From Rozella allomycis CSF55 (taxonomy: Eukaryota), in the NCBI GenBank assembly GCA_000442015.1, contig KE561047.1:203341-267340 (forward strand): DNA of 64,000 bases. The letters are read 5' to 3'. Under the pieces are notes generated by a model. That model saw only the letters and a program-made list of their open reading frames with translations. It was not told the DNA's origin and searched no databases. Shown here in pieces: positions 26,016-38,339 of the stretch. Made by a program: the position numbers and the translations under genes. How positions within the stretch are numbered: the first letter of the stretch is position 1; the number at the start of each line of letters is the position of its first letter.

Positions 26016-28043
26016 TAATGCAATAGAAGGAATATTGAAGAGATTGAATATGGAATATGCGCATGAATATACGATTCCTGTTGAATTGAAGAAAGTATAT
26101 TCGAAGTGTGACAGTCCAGTGATAGGGAGTCCGGAGCACCAAGAAATGAAAGATGTACCATACAANAAGAGTGTAGACGATGTTGTTAGATATATTGAAA
26201 CAAAATATAAAATAAATTTATTAGGAAAGATTAACTGGTTCTTGGGAAAAGGAATTGAAAGAGATGGAAATGAATTGAGAATGAGTCAAAAGAGTGCAAT
26301 AGAAGGAATATTGAAGAGATTTAATATGGACGATGCGAATGAATATACAATTCCTGTTGAACTGAAGAAAGTATATTCGAAGTGTGACAGTCCAGTGATA
26401 GGGACTCCGGAGCACCAAGAAATGAAAGATGTACCATACAGACAAGCAGTCGGAAGTTTGATTTATTTGGCGAAGTGTACAAGACCAGATATAGCATATG
26501 CAGTGAGTCTTGCGAGCAGATTCTTATCGAATCCAGGGAAAGAGCATTGGTTGTTAGTCAAGCGAATCCTCAGATACTTAAAATACACTAAAGAATATAG
26601 TTTAATAATGGATGGAATAAATGAAGATAAATTTATTTGTCAAGGATATGTTGATGCCGATNAAGTGTAGAAGACGTTGTTAAATAAATTGAAACGAAAA
26701 ATAAAATAAATTTATTAGGAGAGATAAACTGGTTTTTGGGAATAGCAATTGAAAGAGATAGAAATGAATTAACAATGAGTCAAACGAGTGCAAAAGACGG
26801 AATATTGAAGAGATGTAATATGTAAGATGCGAATGAATACACGATTCCTGTTGAACCGAAGAAGGTATACTCGAAGTGTGACAGTCCAGTGATAGGAAGT
26901 CCGGAGCACCAAGAAATGAACGATGTACCATATTGCCAGGCAGTTGGAAGTTTGATTTATTTAGCAAAGTGTACAAGACCAGATATCGCNGTAAAACCAT
27001 GCGAATCATAGTAGAAGAAAAAGAAGCAAAGTCTGGGTGCCAACCAGTTCACAAGAAGATTACCGAAGCTTTTGGTAAGAAAAGAAAATCAAGCACTACA
27101 TCTCTAAATGAACATGACACGACCACCGATGTAGTCCTTAAACCAACCAATAATGAAGTTAACTCATCCACTGAGAAGGATCTTTTATTGAAAATTTATN
27201 CGCATATGAATTAAGTCTTGCGAGCAGATTCTTATCGAATCCAGTGAAAGAGCACTGGTTACTAGTCACGCGAATTCTCAGATACTTAAAATACACAAAA
27301 GAATACCGTTTGATAACGAATGGAATAAATGAAGATAAATTTATTTGTCAAGGATATGTTGATGCCGNTAAAGGATAATGTTGCTCCACCTGTGAATATG
27401 ACTCCAGCCGCTGAAGTACCTCTAGCTGATGTTAAGACCAGATAGAGCATATGCAGTGACTCTAGCATTGGTTGTTAGTCAAGCGAATTTTCAGATACTT
27501 AAGAAACACTAAAGAATATAGTTTGATAATGAATGGAATAAATGAAGATAAATTTATTTGTCAAGGATATGTTGATGCCGATTGGGCGGCTGACAATGAA
27601 TCAAGAAGAAGTATCTTTTCAAGATAAATGGAAACTAAGTATCATGGAAAAGTCAAAGGCAAGCAACAGTAGCACTATCAACAGTTGAAGCGGAATATAT
27701 GGCATTATCAAGCGCATAGCAGGAACCATTGTGGATTAACAGTTTAATGAGTGAATGGGAGATATCTTTTGAANACATTATGGATTAAGAGTTGAATGGG
27801 TGAATTGGAGATAACTTTTGAAGCGGAATTAAGTTGTATGAAGATAACAAAGGAGCGATAGCATTGACCAAAGANTAGCAGGAACCATTGTGGATTAACA
27901 GTTTAATGAGTGAATGGGAGATATCTTTTGAAGGGGGATTTAAGTTGTATGAATACAATAAAGGAGCGATAGCTTTGACCAAGGAAACGAGCGGGAGAAG
28001 TAGGAGCAACCACATTGACATCAGGTATCACTTCATTACCGCT
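26016..28043 (+). mobile_element. Ty1/copia LTR retrotransposon pol fragments (RT C-terminus, RNase H), degenerate and internally duplicated
   Basis: PYRQAVGSLIYLAKCTRPDIAYAVS, KRILRYLK, GYVDADWA, ALSTVEAEYMALS, YEDNKGAIAL, HIDIRYHF; several partial copies separated by single Ns. Confidence 0.92.
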
Positions 28044-28598
28044 TACTTGTTATGCAAACCCGGCTATATTTCGCCCTTATGGGATTGCTAGTGTGAAAAT
28101 GAAGTGCAACAAAGCTTATCTGATGGTGTCTAGGGAAGAATCAGGGTATAAGAAGAAATCGGAAAATAGATAAACATTCCGTTACTAATCTCAACTCTTT
28201 ATAAGTTTTAATAAGTTTCTTTATTAAGTGACGAATCAGTTATAAGAAAAACCAAATCAATCCATTAAAAGAAACCACATTTATTAAAATTAAGAACCTT
28301 TGGCCTCACATTTGTCAAAACATTTCTTCATTTTTTGATCCCGAGACTTCATAAGTATGTTTTCTATCGTGATCATTGTTTAACATTAGTTTGAAGTCTG
28401 AAGATCCATGGAAAGTGTGATTTCGTCCAAAATTAAATCTATCGTTCGTGACCTTCATTTACAGTCTCCAAATCCCGAATCTATAAAAAATAAACAATAA
28501 ATTTCTTCACACATTTCTTAGCTCATTTAAATAAATTTATTCACACAAAACAAGTTTTTCTATCTTTATCATTTTTTGACATTAGTGTGATTTCGTCT

Positions 28599-28702
28599 NN
28601 NNNNNNNNNNNNNNNNNNNNNNNNNNNNNNNNNNNNNNNNNNNNNNNNNNNNNNNNNNNNNNNNNNNNNNNNNNNNNNNNNNNNNNNNNNNNNNNNNNNN
28701 NN
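28599..28702. other. Assembly gap (run of N)
   Basis: Continuous Ns. Confidence 0.99.
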
Positions 28703-28754
28703 TCACTTACCGTTTTCCAGTTTCCTCCTACGAATCCCGAATCTCAATTATCAT

Positions 28755-29496
28755 GTTGTAATAAATAAATGTGTACAAATTTTATCTTTTAATTAATATA
28801 AATTTATAATCGATTGTATACTATTTAAGATTCGCTACACTATCATGGACTCAAAAGTAGGTGTAACAAGCGATTCTTATGGCTCCAAAACGCTAATAAA
28901 AAAATAAAATAACAATTTATTGTTTTAATTTAATTTATTTATAATTAGTCACAAATGTGCCATATTAANATTTAATTTAATTTATTTATTATAATTAGTC
29001 ACAAATGTGCCATATTAATGAGCAACCCAACATGCACCTTAAAAGACATCCGCCACCTATATCTCAACAACTACCTTCACTATAGGGGTTGAAAATAAAT
29101 ATTACTTCGTATATTGGATGTTCTGAGTTCTTAGACCAAATTTGGGAGGANGTTGTCATAAATAAATGTCTACAAATTTTATCTTTTAATTAATATAAAC
29201 TTATAATCGATTGTATACTTTTTAAGATTCGCTACACTATCATGAACTCAAAAGTAGGTGTAACAAGCGATTCTTATGGCTCCAAAGCGCTAATAAAAGA
29301 AATAAAATAACAATTTATTGTTTTAATTTAATTTATTTATAATTAGTCACAAATGTGCCATATTAATGAGCAATCCAACATGCACCTTTCAAAACTTCCG
29401 CCACCTATATCTCAAGAACTACCTTTACTATAGGGGCTAAAAATAAATATTGCTTGGTATATTGGGTGTTCTCTCTTCATAGACCAAATTTGGGAG
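28755..29496. repeat. Tandem duplication of a ~345-395 bp AT-rich non-coding unit; partial third copy at ~25911-26012
   Basis: 28755-29150 and 29152-29496 align (gttgt.ataaataaatgt.tacaaatttt...agaccaaatttggga). Confidence 0.9.
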
Positions 29497-29516
29497 AAAC
29501 GGAAGCAAAAAATGGT

Positions 29517-29570
29517 TACATACACACAGACACACACACACACACATACACACACACACACACACACACC
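29517..29570. repeat. (CA)n microsatellite, imperfect
   Basis: tacatacacacagacacacacaca...cacc. Confidence 0.95.
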
Positions 29571-29724
29571 ACTCGACAACCCCCCTGGTCAGCGATGTAA
29601 ATCCCTTAAAGTGAGTGTGTATTCGAGGTGAAAATGGTGTTAACTCAACATGCCAATAATCGTTTCTGAAGTCCGGGTCGTAAACTCCCCGTCCGATAAA
29701 AAATTTAAACTGACTAGGTAGGAT

Positions 29725-31193
<1,469 letters not shown>

Positions 31194-31260
31194 TTACAAT
31201 CTCATAAATAATTCAAACTTCAATTGAACAAATTTATTTGCATATTCAATATATTTGTGA

Positions 31261-31542
31261 TTAAAACGTGTACTTGAGATATTCTGTCATGAGTGAATTG
31301 ACATCTACCTTAACGGCTTTTGTTTTAATTTTCTTTGACTAACTCCTAATACATTTTACCATAACAGTAGTACAAGACGCGAGCTTAGCGAATTCCGAAG
31401 CGCATATGCTCGAATCGACGCCAGATGTTCGCCAGCAAGTCATTAAGGCACTTAATTCTTTCATACATGGCTTAGGCTGTTTCACGGCTTTACTATTAAA
31501 AATGAATCGATCAAGTTTCTTGGGCAATGGATTACCTCGCAT
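31261..31542 (-). CDS. CHCH twin-Cx9C protein, mitochondrial ribosomal mS37/Mrp10-like
   Basis: KPCMKELSALMTCW...ICASEFAKLASC; one intron; ends ...EYLKYTF*. Confidence 0.7.
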
Positions 31543-31667
31543 TACACTTTGAATTGAATATAGAAATTTCAGTTCTAAGATGACGACCGTTAATTAGTTC
31601 ATTTTAGAGCGAAAAAAATTGATGTTGTGTTACTGTTTGATAAAAATTTACATTGAAATTGGTAACC

Positions 31668-34021
31668 ATGTCGAAAGCTGAAGTCCAACGAATTTATCAA
31701 ACTTCAGAGACTCAACAATCCAGACCTCGTGATTATATTTACGGTAAAAATTATTTGAATCATTGATGCAGATGGAACTTATACAGTTTCTTCTGTTAAA
31801 GATCATGTAAATCTGGTTAATAAAGCCGTTGCTCAACCTCCAGTAATTTCATTGACTCGCATTGAAAAAGAAATCATATCCGATATACGAGAACATGTTC
31901 AGCTCATTGCATCAGTATCCTTCTCACGTGAATGCCATACATCAAAGCAAAGTGAACTATAATCTCGGACTACCGAGGAATACAAGAGAGACAAGGGTTG
32001 ACGTTGGAGGAAAAGATAGATATCTGTATTTTAAGCGTGCTCTTGTACCATATCATCCCACTGTTGTATCTCAATTGATTTATGGTAGACGCCCCCAGAC
32101 GAAAGGAAAGGATCAAAAGCTAGAAAAAGAGCCGCCAACAAAAACAATCTCAATTCAGACAGTTTTTAGAGAATCTTACGCACAGACGGATCCGTTTTCA
32201 CCTGATTTTGTATTGGCCAAAGACATTGATCCAGAGAAGCAAATGCCCGAGTTGCTTTCATTAGCGTCCCTGACGTTTCAAAATGGACTTCCTGTTTCTA
32301 TCGCGGAACTTGATATGATCGAAAGAGCAAGAGCAAAGAGAGAATGGGAAAAGACACTCCCGGAAGTTGTCGATGATGAGTCCTTTGAGAGGAGATTGAA
32401 AATGATGGAGGAAATGGAAATCATAGAATGGCAAGAACGTGAAAGAGAAATTGAAAGGCTCCAGAAAATAAGATTAGATATATTGCAAAAAGTTATAGAA
32501 GAAAGAGAAGCAGAAGGTGAACAAGAGAGTGAGGAAAGATTAAAGAAGCTTTGGCAACAAAAATTACAAGAAAGAGATCATTTAAGAGAAAAAATTGAGA
32601 AGAAAAAGGTTAAACGTAAATGTGTCGTCATTTTGTTTGAATTTAGTTTTAAGGAAACTGGAAGACAAACGTAGAAAAATTAGCCAAATCAATTTCAAAA
32701 AGAAAGATATAATAGAAGATTACATGAATTATTCTTCCGAACTTTATGTCCCTAAAAAGAGAAACGGATTGCTGATGAAACAAATGCCGCCAGATGTGGA
32801 ATTTGAATCAAGCATGGACCCTTCTATTACTAACATCAAAGGTAAAATATTTAATATTATTAGAATTGACTTAAAGGCGGCGCTTCAAATAATGGTAGAA
32901 CCAAAGGTTGAGATGATTGATGAAATGCCTGTTTTGGATTATGAGTACCGAAAAGAGCTAATTTTGAAACAACAATTGGATATTTTGTCAGATATCTCGT
33001 TCCAAAAGACTAAAATACAAGAAAGAGACGAAATGCCATTGAAATGTGTTCAAAAGATTGAAAAGAAGATTGAAAGACCTCCAACACCTACATTGGACTT
33101 TGAGTAAGCTAAAAAAAATTAAATACAATAGAAATGATGAAAAAGATAAAAAGGAACAGGCTGTCTTATTACTACAAAGATATTTACGTGGTCGCTCTTC
33201 TCAGATAAAGACTCTCAGGGGTATTTTGTTATAGAGTCTAACATAGAAATGGAAAGACGATTACCTCTAATTAAAGAAATAAGAACGAGAAAGAACATAT
33301 CGGACGCTGACATCAAGCCTTTTGACAATGCCGAGATTGCAGTCGTTGAAACCAATGAGCAAGTAAGCAACTTTGCAAATAATGTATAGAAATTTCAAAA
33401 TCTTGTTGATCAAACAATTACCTCAGACTTTATGGGAAGGGAACTTGAATTTATCCAAAAAGAGCTTGTGCGCTTAAAAGAAGAACAAAAAATGGCAGCC
33501 TTAATTAAGTTAGCGGAAAGAACTCGCAGATTACGGGAGGCTGAAGAAAGCGGCAGAAGACAAGTAGAATTAGCCAAACTGAAAGAGAGGGATGAAGTTT
33601 TTAGACAAACGTTTAAAATACATCAAGAATCTGTCGATACATTCTTAGAAGACGTCATTCTTGATTCAATTGATAAAACTTCAGATGGAAATGCAAGAAA
33701 GTATGTCAGAACATATGCATCTAAACTAAACGATTTCATTGATGATACTGATAAAAAGTATATTTTCCATTTCAAAAATATAGTGAATCCAATGATGTGA
33801 CTGTAGCAAGGCTTGTTTCAAGTTTTCTTATTCCACATGTTGAAAAGGAGATAGTTAGGCGCCAAGGTAATTATTAGGCTAAACAATAATAAGTTGCCAT
33901 GCAGCAACAACCATATTTACAGGCTGCACATGAATCTATTTACAGCGCTGTCTACATGATGTCGAAAAATATAGACGATATGAATAAGGATAAAGAAGAT
34001 AAGCTATCTGATTCGGAGTAA
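31668..34021 (+). CDS. CFAP91: Cilia- and flagella-associated protein 91 (MAATS1/AAT-1)
   Basis: SRPRDYIYD, QTVFRESYAQTDPFSP, PELLSLASL..GLP, MIERARAKREWE, LLQRYLRGR, AERTRRLREAEESGRRQ. Confidence 0.88.
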
Positions 34022-34082
34022 AAATAAATTTCTTTAGTGTAAATTTTATATTCAGATACTATTCTGGACAGACCCTATCATA

Positions 34083-34154
34083 TCCGCATTGGTCTAGTGG
34101 CTAGGATTTTGCGCTTTCACCGCAAAGGCCGGGGTTCGATTCCCCGATGCGGAA
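34083..34154 (+). tRNA. tRNA-Glu (anticodon TTC)
   Basis: Acceptor TCCGCAT/ATGCGGA, D-arm GGTCTAGTGGCTAGGAT, anticodon arm TTGCG-CTTTCAC-CGCAA, T-loop GGTTCGATTCC, followed by T-run. Confidence 0.96.
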
Positions 34155-34380
34155 CTTTCTTTTACGTCTTTTAACAAGACATTCACTTTATTTTTGCAAA
34201 TTTTTTTGACAGCCACATTATTTCCATTTTAATTTACAAAAGTTTTCATATATCGTATACCTTCATAATGATTAATAAAAATATGATCTGCAGTCCGTAG
34301 TAGGCTTCCTTTTTGTGAATGTTCTACTAACAAAGAACTTATTGATTCTTGATATCGGAAATTTCAGAATTTTTTTCTTC

Positions 34381-35215
34381 ATGGAAGTATGCCATTTTTC
34401 AAAAGTTCACCTCAGGATACTTTTGATTTATCAAAAAAGAAAAAAAAGAAGTCCAAACCAATTTCCGCCGAAGAGGATGTGAGTTCTTCAACTCCAATAA
34501 CTGAAGTTGCTGAAAGTGCCGCACAGGAGAACATTGATCAAGATATGTTTAGCATGAAGAAAAAGAAAAAGAAGAAGCCTACGACGGAAAAACAGGTTGA
34601 GGAGAGTGCAACGCCTGACGCAAAAGATGAAGACATTGCAATCCAAGTCAACAGCCCTTACAATTACCAACAAGTAATAGTTTTGTGTATTGGTTATTTA
34701 AAGATGTTGACTAGAATATATAACATTCTAAAGCAGAGGAATCCAGATTCTGGAGACAGACGTGCCGTATTCAGGCCATTACCTGCCAAAGTTATCAGAG
34801 ATGGGACAAAGAAAGTTGCATTTAATAATTTCAGTGCTGTATGCGAGCAGTAATATTTATTTATTTAACCTAAAAGTCTTCGTCGATCAATTGAACACGT
34901 TATGCAATTTGTTTTGACTGAACTTGGAACAACTGGTTCTATTGACGGAAGTAGACGCCTCATTATTAGGGGTGTTTTAAAAGAAAGGCAAATTGATAAG
35001 CTTATTGAAACTTACACGAGTAATGTTTTACAGCTTTGGCGATGATAGATGAATATGTGATTTGCAGAGATTGTCAAAGTAATTTGACGAGTCTTGTAAA
35101 GGAAAATCGTTTGACCTTTTTACGATGTGAAAACTGTGGAGCATCTCGAACTGTTCAAGAAATCAAAGCTGGATTTAAAGCTCAAACTCGTTTCCAAAAG
35201 AAAGTTGTCACATAA
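34381..35215 (+). CDS. SUI3: Translation initiation factor eIF2 beta
   Basis: Poly-Lys boxes, ELGTTGSIDG, EYVICRDC...CENCGASR zinc ribbon; 4 micro-introns. Confidence 0.92.
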
Positions 35216-35222
35216 ACTCAGT

Positions 35223-36985
35223 TTATTTCATAAACATCATTCCGGATGTATCTGCCACCGATGCAATTTTTGTAAATGCATTTGCCATAGCTGCTGTCCT
35301 GTAATCAGTTTTCTATATCAAATCGTTTTAATCAATACCTTTTCCTCTGCTGTTTTGATTGTCTCGTGACAAGCGTTAATCATCGTATCTTCTAATCCAG
35401 AATATACCAAATGATGCTCTTCTGCTCCGTTTATTACTTCACGCTTCACTTTTGGATCCAATTGTTTTCCTGTAGCTTCTTCAATTACATCTATCATTCT
35501 ATGCTTGCTATATTCTTCCCATCGCTTGTTTAACCGACCAAATCGTACATGGCTTAAGTTTTTCAACCATTCAAAATAAGAAACAACAACTCCACCCGCA
35601 TTCATTAGCAGATCCGGTAAAATTATTATTCCTCTGCGTAAGAGGACATCATTGGCTCCTGGAGTCGTGGGTCCATTGGCTGCCTCCGCCACGATCTTAG
35701 CCTTTATTTTGTCTGCATTCGACATTGTTATTTGTTGTTCCAAGGCGGCTGGTATCAGTATGTCACATTCACGCTCCAACAATTCTTTTGAATTTTCAAC
35801 AGTGATCGCTTTCGTATATCCTTTAAAAGATCCCTTATTGGAAGTGAAATATTTTTGTAAATCATCAATATTTAAACCTTTTTCGCTATTAATTTTAACG
35901 TACCTTGTTCATTGTAAACTCCAAAATCCCTTTCCGCAATTCCAATAACCTTTGCTCCATGAGATGAGAAGAATTTGGCGGTCCAATATCCCACATTACC
36001 AAAGCCCTGGACGATCACTCGAACACCATTGATACTACCGCTCAGACCTGTTTTCTTTTGCACAGTTGGATCCTTTAAGAACTCTCTGACTCCATAAAAT
36101 ACACCGAGTCCAGTAGCTTTTCTTGGATAAGAATGTGATTTACCTTCATTTCGGCCGCGAACACCACCTTGATTTATTGGTTTGCCTGTTACACATGCCA
36201 TGGAGTCGACGTCTGTGCTATAAAATTGCCTATAAGTATCTTGTATCTATTGAAAAATTCCTAATGAATATACCCAAGACATTTCAACAGGTCCCGTGCC
36301 AACATCAGGAGCTGGCACATCTGTTCCCGGACCTATAAAGTTCTTCTGACATAGTTCCATTGTATATCTTCTTGTAATTCTTTCAAGATAGTCCGGCGAC
36401 CATTTCTTAGGATTAATGCAGATGCCCCCTGTTATATTTGAATACAGCCAAAACATACCTTTTGCTCCACCAAATGGTACATCTACAACTGCACATTTAT
36501 ATGTCATTAGAGCCGCTAATGCTGAAACTTCTTCAAGGTTTACAGCCTTTGAAAATCTTATTCCTGGTCTTTTTGCACTTTTTATATTACCCCCTTTGCA
36601 TGGTAGTCTGTGCTTTGAATGTTGCACTCGGTAGGCTTTTAGTACCTCCCATGTTCCATCGCATCGCTATTTAAAATCATTATTAAGCTGTATACCTTAA
36701 TAGGAAATGTAACGCTCAAAGCACAATCTGGAGACCGAATGTGTGCCATCGTTGCTTCCGATATTGTATCTTTCAACAGGTTCGTAGCGTTGTCAACATA
36801 TCTTTCTACACTTTGCAAAAAGCTATTTAGTGTTTTGGTTTTAATTACTCTGGTTCTCCATTTGGGTGGATGGTGTTTCCGTTGGTAGAGTATAGTTTGC
36901 TGAAAAACGTATTGACTTGTCTAAAATTATATCGATGACGACTTTAATAATGAAGAATGATAACAATTTACATAGAATTCAGCAT
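35223..36985 (-). CDS. Mitochondrial glutamate dehydrogenase, animal (GLUD1)-type
   Basis: [74 protein letters not shown]. Confidence 0.93.
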
Positions 36986-37069
36986 TTCTAGGTAATTGGT
37001 ATACACACAAAGAGTTGTCAAGGGAACAGTAATTGAATGTCATATATCTAAGGTGCAAATTTATTGATG

Positions 37070-37984
37070 TCATGATACAGGCGTTTCTTCATTATTTTCT
37101 ACTTTTCGTTTTGGAATGACTTTTTCGAACGCTTTCCCCCAATCGCCGTCACAATCGATAACTTGTAACAATATCTCGAAAACTATACTTAATGGCTTAA
37201 AGTTTTACCTTGGTGTACGGTTAAAACTTTACTACCAGAAAGTTTTAAATATTCTCCAATTGGAAGTCTTGCAGTTGAAATGCCTTCTTTATTTGCTTTG
37301 TCAAAACATAATGATTTATGACGATTTCTATCAACGATACCCCCAATGATGTAAACAGCGTCTTCATTCAATTTATCAATAGTGTTTTCAGAATCTGCAG
37401 TTAAATAAACTATTTTATCCTTTGGGAATAGAGATGTGTATGATTCGCTCGAAAAAGACATGGTCTTACTTGAAAAAGAACTTATGTATTACTGTCCATT
37501 TGTCATGCGTGGGATAAGACTTCAATAGAGACTCTTTTGAACCACCGTTTAATGAGCATACGTGCAAATTGACCGGCTGCAAGATTTTGCGGTTTGCAGA
37601 ATAGCATCTTGAAATCTGGGAAGACAAACTTTTTATTTCCTTTCAAATCTCTTTTATGAACATACTTGTGGGAGCATGAGGTCATCAAAAGACATATCGA
37701 TGGCTATGTTAAACTTTGGCAGCTTTTGTTCTATCTTCGCCGGTTTTGGCGGTCTTTCCTCTGGATGATTTTTATAATACTCTTGTTTTTCTTTTCTACT
37801 TTATAGCATTAAGAATACCTTTTTTCTTTTCTTTTTCCTTGAGTCTCTTTTTTTCACGCCATTCCTTTTTAGTTTCCTCAAATCGTTCACGTTTCTTTTG
37901 TTTCTTCAATTGGTTTTTCGATAGTTCTTTTTCTTCTACTTTTTCTACTTTCTCTTTTTCATGCGATTTCACATCCGTAGACAT
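37070..37984 (-). CDS. TRM10: tRNA (guanine-N1)-methyltransferase Trm10
   Basis: [49 protein letters not shown]. Confidence 0.92.
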
Positions 37985-38001
37985 TATGCACAACCCCTGC
38001 T

Positions 38002-38233
38002 ATGAGTGAGTTTCTTAACCAAGAATGTAGAATCACAGTCAGAGACCAAAGGACTTTTGTTGGAAGATTAATCGCGCTAGATTATCAGAAGAATGTTATT
38101 TTAGAAAATACTCAAGAATTTAATCCAGGTAAAGAAAAATTAAAATATTCTCAAAGAGCTAAATGAAGAGCGCGAGTGTGGATGCATTATGATTAATGGT
38201 TATGATATTGTCAAATTTGAGTGTCGTGAATAA
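38002..38233 (+). CDS. Sm/LSm-fold protein (Mak31/NAA38-like); absent from ORF track
   Basis: Spliced MSEFLNQECRITVRDQRTFVGRLIALDYQKNVILENTQEF...ERECGCIMINGYDIVKFECRE*. Confidence 0.75.
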
Positions 38234-38339
38234 CATGTATGTAAATAGAATAATAAAGAGGGATGAGTTTAGTGTTCTGAGTTATCGGCTACAGTATTTA
38301 TTGGTTTCTATGGCTACACACACTGCTTTCAGCGACAAA

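Larger units (their letters stand above)
25837..29697. mobile_element. Repeat island bracketed by a 16-bp inverted repeat (ATCGGACGGGGAGTTT)
   Basis: 25837-25852 is the exact reverse complement of 29682-29697; the interior is repetitive/TE sequence and host genes lie outside. Confidence 0.55.

Noticed and set aside
25908-27960. Patchwork of repeated copia segments suggesting a novel rearranged element
   Set aside because: Junctions coincide with single Ns (25908, 26015, 26166, 26662, 26990, 27200, 27368, 27774, 27875), pointing to assembly or gap-filling artefacts
28755-29496. CRISPR-like or prokaryotic defence array
   Set aside because: Eukaryotic context; long duplicated units, no repeat-spacer pattern, no cas genes
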